Below are positions 58,963 to 64,000 of a stretch of 64,000 bases of DNA, one piece after another. Within the stretch, counting starts at the first letter, position 1; each line of letters begins with the position of its first letter. Origin of the DNA: an uncultured Ectothiorhodospiraceae bacterium (GTDB taxonomy: Bacteria > Pseudomonadota > Gammaproteobacteria > Nitrococcales > Nitrococcaceae). Position numbers and translations under genes: made by a program. Where the stretch lies: assembly GCA_913056315.1 (NCBI GenBank), contig CAJXMZ010000001.1, positions 31 to 64,030 of the forward strand, written 5' to 3'. The notes under the pieces were generated by a model. The model made no database searches. It worked only from the letters and a program-made list of their open reading frames with translations, and was not told the DNA's origin.

Positions 58963-61499
58963 TCGGGTAAGTAGTCCTGCGACCAGTGCTCGGCGATAAC
59001 GCCATTGGCAAGCAGCGCTTGTTGTGTGGCCTGATCGATCGAGATCTCGTTCAAAATAGCCCGTGTGGATGCCCCATAGGCCTCACCCGGTGGGGTTGCA
59101 TAAATCACCGCGCGTGTCGGTCGTACGGCGCACGGGTCAGCTTGAGTGACGGTGTAGCCACTTGGGTGGTCAACATACTGGGTAAAAGCATAACTGCCTT
59201 GAGGCTCAATCGTGGGCTGGGTGGTGGGCGGATGGCTATGATAGGCCCTTAATGTCTCCAATGTTTCGCACACGGCAGCGCCTAACCCGGCGGCCTGCAA
59301 CCGCTCAACCCAGTCCTCAGCCCGTGCACGCGGGAAAATCGCGGCTAGGAAAGCTGCCCGTTCCGATGGATCACAATCAACAATGCCGTGAAAATCTGGT
59401 AAGTCGTTGAGCTTGGGTAGATCACGCTCGTAGAGGCTAATCAGCACAAATCCATCGGATGCTTGATAAAAACGCGCAAGCGCATCAAATCCCAGCGCCT
59501 GTGGGCCCGAGGGCTCATCAAATAGCGCGCGACGTGGGTAGTCATAGCAGTAGGGCATTTGTAGTAGCCCACTTAATGCAGCCAAGGATGTGCGTGGGCG
59601 CAGCGCCTCACCCGTGCGGTGGCGATGGAACAGTGCGGTTGCCATTGCCATTGCCGCGGCAAAGCCACACATCACATCGATCGTGCCAACATGGGCATGT
59701 TCTTCAGGGGTTTGCATGCCGCCCCCAAAGCGCAGCATTACTCCGGTACACGCCTGCACCAAGTCATCATAACCTGGGTAATTGCTGCGAGGGCCTTGGC
59801 GCACGCCGCCAAAGCAGTCTAGCTGGCAGAAAATGGCGTTGGGGTTAATCGACTGAAGGCTATCGGCGTCGAGGCGCATGCCCTGGACTTGTTGATCGGT
59901 TGCATTCCACACCACAACATCCGCGCGCTCAATCAGTGCCTCGAGGACTTTGCGCCCGTCCGGTTGACGGATATCAAGTAGTGCCGAGCGCTTGCCACGC
60001 ATGTGCGTTAAACCATAGATGACTGTGTTGGTCGGGTCATAGATTGGTTTGGCCGGGTCGATTTTGGTGACCTCTGCGCCAAAGCGCGCCAAAAAATTGG
60101 TTGAATGCGGGCCGGCAATTACATTGCACAAATCTAAAACCTTCACACCATCAAGCCAGCTGGACGGCGTTTTACTCCGACGGCGGGGCAATCGCGTGGG
60201 ATGACTGCGTAGGCGTTTCAGCGCCTGATCGGCGCTCACCCATTGCCGCGGTTGAGGGCTGAGCATGGCCTCACCGCACTCACGCATCCACAGCAACGGG
60301 CCGGGTTGGGTCATTAGCCCATATTCGGGGTCGGTGAGCTCGATAATCAGTCCTGCACTTTCTGCATGATCGTCGTTAAGCCATTCTTGTAGCCACCGCT
60401 GTGGCGCGCCGGGAAAGCGGCCACGGCCAAATATTCGCTCCCACTCTTTGGTGGTACGGGTAATGAAAACCGCTTTCATACGCTCTGCGATGTGCGCGGC
60501 CCAATCAGCTGGCAATGGATAAAGACCGGGCGTGACGCTGCTTTCCCAATCACGGCTGGAGCGATAAACATCAATGACTTGCGTAAACCCCTCAGCCGCG
60601 AGTTCGTCGTAGAGTCCCAAAGTCTCTAAACAGCGCTGGACATGATCGCGGTGGCTTGGGCATACGACATAGAACATGCGGCCGTCTTTGCATAAGTAAT
60701 TGCGAAAAAACGGATCGAGCAGTTCTTGGAGATCGTCATAGCCAACATCCATGGGGAGGCCTTCAATGCGCCGGCGCTCAATTTCTTTTTGACGAAGGGT
60801 TTTATAACGCTCGGGTTCGGCGTCGATATGCAATGAGTTATAACCCAGGCCTTCCATGAGGGCGCTTGCTAACGGCACCTCAATTTGATCGCCAAACCCG
60901 GTGTTCTCGCGTGACTGCAAGGCAAGCATGACCGCCGCACCGGCAATGACACTGGCATAAGCCGAGGCTAATGGCAGCGGCGAAAATGAGGGGTTTACGC
61001 CCATTAAAATGCGATTGAGCCCCATGTCAGAGAATACACCGGAGGTGGCGGCGATAATGCTTTCAAAGGCCCGCCAATCGCAGTGTTTTTCGTCATCACT
61101 GGCAAACCCAGGCATCGACAGGGCGATTAGCTCAGGGCGCTCTTGGCAAAGGGCATCAAAATCGATGCCCATCGATTGCATGGCCCCGGGGGCAAAGCCT
61201 TCGATCACAATGTCGGCTTCTTCAATCAGTAACAGCGCATGTTCGCGGTCTGTAGCGTCTTTTAAATTAAGCTCAACGATGCACTTATTACGCTGGAGTG
61301 TTGCGTTAGCGGGTGTGTCCCAGAGCGGACCGCCAGGCGGGTCAACGTGGATAACCGTGGCGCCAAAATCCGCCAACATCATTGCGACAGCCGGGGCGGC
61401 CATATACTGGCCGAAGTCAACGACTTTTACGCCAGTTAGGGGCAGCGCATCAGCACGCCTGCGTTGATTAATTGGTTGGGCGTTCAAAATCTCATCCAC
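58959..61499 (-). CDS. dddD: Tandem class III CoA-transferase, DddD-like DMSP CoA-transferase/lyase
   Basis: Two CaiB repeats (LTGVKVVDFGQY; LDGVKVLDLCNVIAGP), ~846 aa from GTG 61499. Segments SMPGFAS.D, DMG.NR.LMG.NP.FSPLPL, LDPF.R.Y.C.DGRMFY.VCPSH and GYDDLVQA match DddD as I recall it. Confidence 0.8.
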   Translation of the reverse strand: MDEILNAQPINQRRRADALPLTGVKVVDFGQYMAAPAVAMMLADFGATVIHVDPPGGPLWDTPANATLQRNKCIVELNLKDATDREHALLLIEEADIVIEGFAPGAMQSMGIDFDALCQERPELIALSMPGFASDDEKHCDWRAFESIIAATSGVFSDMGLNRILMGVNPSFSPLPLASAYASVIAGAAVMLALQSRENTGFGDQIEVPLASALMEGLGYNSLHIDAEPERYKTLRQKEIERRRIEGLPMDVGYDDLQELLDPFFRNYLCKDGRMFYVVCPSHRDHVQRCLETLGLYDELAAEGFTQVIDVYRSSRDWESSVTPGLYPLPADWAAHIAERMKAVFITRTTKEWERIFGRGRFPGAPQRWLQEWLNDDHAESAGLIIELTDPEYGLMTQPGPLLWMRECGEAMLSPQPRQWVSADQALKRLRSHPTRLPRRRSKTPSSWLDGVKVLDLCNVIAGPHSTNFLARFGAEVTKIDPAKPIYDPTNTVIYGLTHMRGKRSALLDIRQPDGRKVLEALIERADVVVWNATDQQVQGMRLDADSLQSINPNAIFCQLDCFGGVRQGPRSNYPGYDDLVQACTGVMLRFGGGMQTPEEHAHVGTIDVMCGFAAAMAMATALFHRHRTGEALRPRTSLAALSGLLQMPYCYDYPRRALFDEPSGPQALGFDALARFYQASDGFVLISLYERDLPKLNDLPDFHGIVDCDPSERAAFLAAIFPRARAEDWVERLQAAGLGAAVCETLETLRAYHSHPPTTQPTIEPQGSYAFTQYVDHPSGYTVTQADPCAVRPTRAVIYATPPGEAYGASTRAILNEISIDQATQQALLANGVIAEHWSQDYLPD

Positions 61500-62514
61500 C
61501 GATATAGGACATTTCAATTTTCTGCGTATTGATCGGCTTAGTCTGGTGCGAGCGGATCTGTGAATAGCGATCGCTGCGTTTTTGCCAAATGCCAGCCAAG
61601 TAGTCATACAACGCGACATCGCTGGCGCCGCGGCGCAGCTCATCGCGAACAGGATGCCCGTCGCTGGCAAATAAACAAGTAAACAGTTTGCCCTCGGCGG
61701 ATAACCGCGCACGGCTGCAATCACCGCAAAATGGCTGTGAGACAGAACTAATCAAGCCAATTTCGCCACGGCCGTCAGTATACCGATAGCGCTTAGCGAC
61801 CTCGCCAAGATAATTGGGACTGACCGGCTCAATCGGCCAATGCGCGTCGATCAATGTGGCCACTTCCTTGGACGGCATAACTTGGTCAAGCCGCCAGCCA
61901 TTGCTGTTGCCAACGTCCATATATTCAATAAAGCGCACAATATGATCGGTGCCACGAAAGTGATTCGCCATATTAATGATGTCGTGATCGTTGACGCCGC
62001 GCTGAACCACCATGTTGATTTTAATCGGTGCTAATCCCGCACGCTCTGCGTTGGCAATGCCATTGAGCACCTTGCCGACGGGAAAGCCCACATCATTCAT
62101 GGTTTGGAAGGTAGCCTCATCGATTCCATCTAGGCTCACGGTAATTCTGTTGAGTCCGGCGGCTTTGAGCGCCTGCGCTTTTTCGAGCGAGAGTAATGAG
62201 GCATTGGTGGTGAGACTGATATCGTCTATGTCGTCGATTGCCGCAAGCATGGCAACCAATTTGTCGATATCGCGCCGAATGAGTGGCTCACCGCCGGTTA
62301 AGCGCAATTTGCGCACGCCTAACTGGGTAAACACACCGGCAAGACGGGTAATTTCTTCAAATGTCAGCAATTCAGCGCGCGGCATAAAGGCATGGTTAGT
62401 ACCAAAAAGTGCCTTGGGCATGCAGTAGCCACAACGAAAGTTGCAGCGATCGGTCAGCGAGATGCGCAGATCACGCAATGGCCGGTTAAGTTGGTCAGAC
62501 ACCGGGGCTGACAT
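61492..62514 (-). CDS. moaA: GTP 3',8-cyclase
   Basis: LRISLTDRCNFRCGYCMP, TGGEPL, FCGDCSRARLSAEGKL.TCLF, C-terminal MSYIGG. Confidence 0.96.
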   Translation of the reverse strand: MSAPVSDQLNRPLRDLRISLTDRCNFRCGYCMPKALFGTNHAFMPRAELLTFEEITRLAGVFTQLGVRKLRLTGGEPLIRRDIDKLVAMLAAIDDIDDISLTTNASLLSLEKAQALKAAGLNRITVSLDGIDEATFQTMNDVGFPVGKVLNGIANAERAGLAPIKINMVVQRGVNDHDIINMANHFRGTDHIVRFIEYMDVGNSNGWRLDQVMPSKEVATLIDAHWPIEPVSPNYLGEVAKRYRYTDGRGEIGLISSVSQPFCGDCSRARLSAEGKLFTCLFASDGHPVRDELRRGASDVALYDYLAGIWQKRSDRYSQIRSHQTKPINTQKIEMSYIGG

Positions 62515-62519
62515 AAAAA

Positions 62520-62954
62520 CTATTCGCCTGCGCCAGGCAATGTCTCGCCTTGCAAATACACTTCGGTGCCATCGCTATAAGCTTCGCGCTTCCATATCGG
62601 CGCAGTCTTTTTAAGCGTGTCGATAGCAAAGCGCCCAGCAGCGAAGGCATCAGCACGATGGGCTGCACGCACAACCACAACAACGCTAAGCTCTCCGACT
62701 TCCAGGCGATCCACCCGATGTCGAATGACGCAGGATAGGATGTCGAATTGTTCCATTGCGTGGGCTTCGACTTCAGCCAGCGCTTTTTCGGCAAGCGGTT
62801 CATAAGCAGAGTATTCAATGGCGGTGACGGTTTTGCCGTCGTGATGGCGACGCACGGTGCCACCAAACACGACGAAAGCGCCAGCATCCGGTGAATCAGT
62901 CTGCGTGAGCAGTTGATTAAGATCGATAGCGCTCCGATCAACGTGTGCCGACAT
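62520..62954 (-). CDS. moaE: Molybdopterin synthase catalytic subunit
   Basis: GA.VVF.GTVR, EYSAY, HRV..L.VGE, HRADAF, LK..APIWKRE; ATG 62954 with GGAG upstream. Confidence 0.93.
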   Translation of the reverse strand: MSAHVDRSAIDLNQLLTQTDSPDAGAFVVFGGTVRRHHDGKTVTAIEYSAYEPLAEKALAEVEAHAMEQFDILSCVIRHRVDRLEVGELSVVVVVRAAHRADAFAAGRFAIDTLKKTAPIWKREAYSDGTEVYLQGETLPGAGE

Positions 62955-62978
62955 CCGCTGCACTCCGATTGAATGATG

Positions 62979-63000
62979 AAACGGCAAAATGCCGTTTTTT
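62979..63000. promoter_or_regulatory. Terminator-like hairpin in the moaE/apbC divergent intergenic region
   Basis: AAACGGCA-AAA-TGCCGTTT followed by TTT. Confidence 0.4.
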
Positions 63001-63114
63001 ACTAGGGGCTGTCCAGTGTTGTATGCGGGGGTGTCGTCGTAACATGCGTAAAGAGGCCTAGGCAGCGTAGGATATCGATATCTATTTTCTAATACGCTTG
63101 ATGCAGGAGTGAGT

Positions 63115-64000
63115 ATGTCTTCAATCACCCGAGATACCGTTGAACAAGCCCTCGCGGGCTGGATCGAGCCCTGTCTAGGCACTGATTTAGTCAGCGCCGG
63201 TGGGGTTGAGGATATCGTGGTTGATGATCAGGCCGTGCGCGTTAAGCTCAAACTGGGCTTTCCGGTGCAGCGCTATCAACAAGCCCTTAAAGACGCACTC
63301 GCCGAGCAGGTGAAAACGGTGACCGGGGCGACTGCGGTGAGCGTTGAGGTGGCTTGGCAAATTAGCGCCCATCAGGTCCAAGACACGCTCAAGCCCTTGG
63401 ATAACATTCGCAATATTATTGCGGTGGCATCCGCTAAAGGCGGTGTGGGTAAGTCAACCAGCGCGGTGAATCTCGCGCTGGCACTGGCTGATGAAGGCGC
63501 TCGCGTGGGTCTGCTCGATGCCGATATTTATGGCCCAAGCCAACCGCGCATGATGGGTGTTGCTGGCGCTAAACCCGATAGCCCCGATGGCAAGCGTATT
63601 ACTCCGCTTGAGAATTACGGCGTCCAAGTGATGTCGATTGGGTTTTTAATCGAAGAAGACACGCCCATGGTGTGGCGCGGGCCAATGGTGACCCAAGCCT
63701 TAACCCAGTTGCTCAACGATACGCGCTGGGATTCGCTTGATTATCTTATTATCGATCTGCCGCCAGGCACGGGCGATATTCAGCTCACGCTGTCGCAAAA
63801 AGTCCCGGTAGCCGGCGCGGTCGTTGTGACCACGCCGCAAGACATTGCCACGCTGGATGCGCGCAAAGGCGTGAAAATGTTTGAAAAGGTGAAAGTCCCG
63901 GTGCTGGGCATCCTTGAGAACATGAGCCTGCATATATGCTCGCAATGTGGCCACGAAGAGCACATCTTTGGCGCCTATGGCGGTCAACGGCTAGCAGATC
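63115..64000 (+). CDS. apbC: Fe-S cluster carrier ApbC/Mrp (3' truncated by window)
   Basis: Translated by hand from ATG 63115 (CAGGAG RBS): VASAKGGVGKST, LDADIYGPS, WRGPMV, DLPPGTGDIQL, VTTPQ, ENMS..ICSQCGH. No stop in the window, so absent from the ORF track. Confidence 0.93.
   Translation, partial: MSSITRDTVEQALAGWIEPCLGTDLVSAGGVEDIVVDDQAVRVKLKLGFPVQRYQQALKDALAEQVKTVTGATAVSVEVAWQISAHQVQDTLKPLDNIRNIIAVASAKGGVGKSTSAVNLALALADEGARVGLLDADIYGPSQPRMMGVAGAKPDSPDGKRITPLENYGVQVMSIGFLIEEDTPMVWRGPMVTQALTQLLNDTRWDSLDYLIIDLPPGTGDIQLTLSQKVPVAGAVVVTTPQDIATLDARKGVKMFEKVKVPVLGILENMSLHICSQCGHEEHIFGAYGGQRLAD

Noticed and set aside
63071-63082. Palindrome GATATCGATATC upstream of moaE as a ModE box
   Set aside because: It does not match the ModE consensus (ATCGNTATATA-N6-TATATANCGAT) and occurs once.
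1-64000. CRISPR arrays, tRNA/rRNA, IS elements, prophage and anti-phage defence genes
   Set aside because: No regularly spaced repeats, cloverleafs, transposase/integrase or nuclease motifs were recognised by eye; intergenic gaps are mostly too short.

Overview
Gene-dense bacterial chromosome window with many overlapping or coupled start/stop codons. The gene content suggests a streamlined, moderately halophilic gammaproteobacterium, possibly Spiribacter-like (inference). No rRNA, tRNA, CRISPR array, prophage or IS element was recognised. From left to right: (1) partial uup, an ABC exporter and panD; (2) a DTE-type xanthorhodopsin-like gene followed by crtE-crtI-crtB-crtY, with no blh; (3) a methylated-glycine / C1 oxidation block (soxBDAG, GlxA/GbdR-type regulator, fhs, ETF-QO, dimethylglycine dehydrogenase, etfBA, a DmdA-like GcvT-family protein) with candidate 21-bp-spaced AraC operators; (4) an uncharacterised operon (ALDH, dipeptidase-like protein, 587-aa hypothetical, DUF3726-like) with a divergent LysR; (5) an NAD-dependent formate dehydrogenase with a split alpha subunit, facing a BNR-propeller-yqeC-moaD-mobA-moeA operon; (6) acyl-CoA genes, a metF plus GcvT-family pair, a deleted dioxygenase remnant and a 27-aa lipoprotein ORF; (7) tupBCA with its regulator, and lldD; (8) a tightly coupled operon encoding an orphan SBP, a multi-CxxC TackOD1-like protein, a processive GT2 synthase and an HlyD-type adaptor, followed by a serine hydrolase, which is the best candidate for an undescribed system; (9) an HpdH-like GMC oxidoreductase converging on a DddD-like DMSP CoA-transferase/lyase, then moaA, moaE and partial apbC. 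All family calls come from motif recognition by eye; no database search was run.
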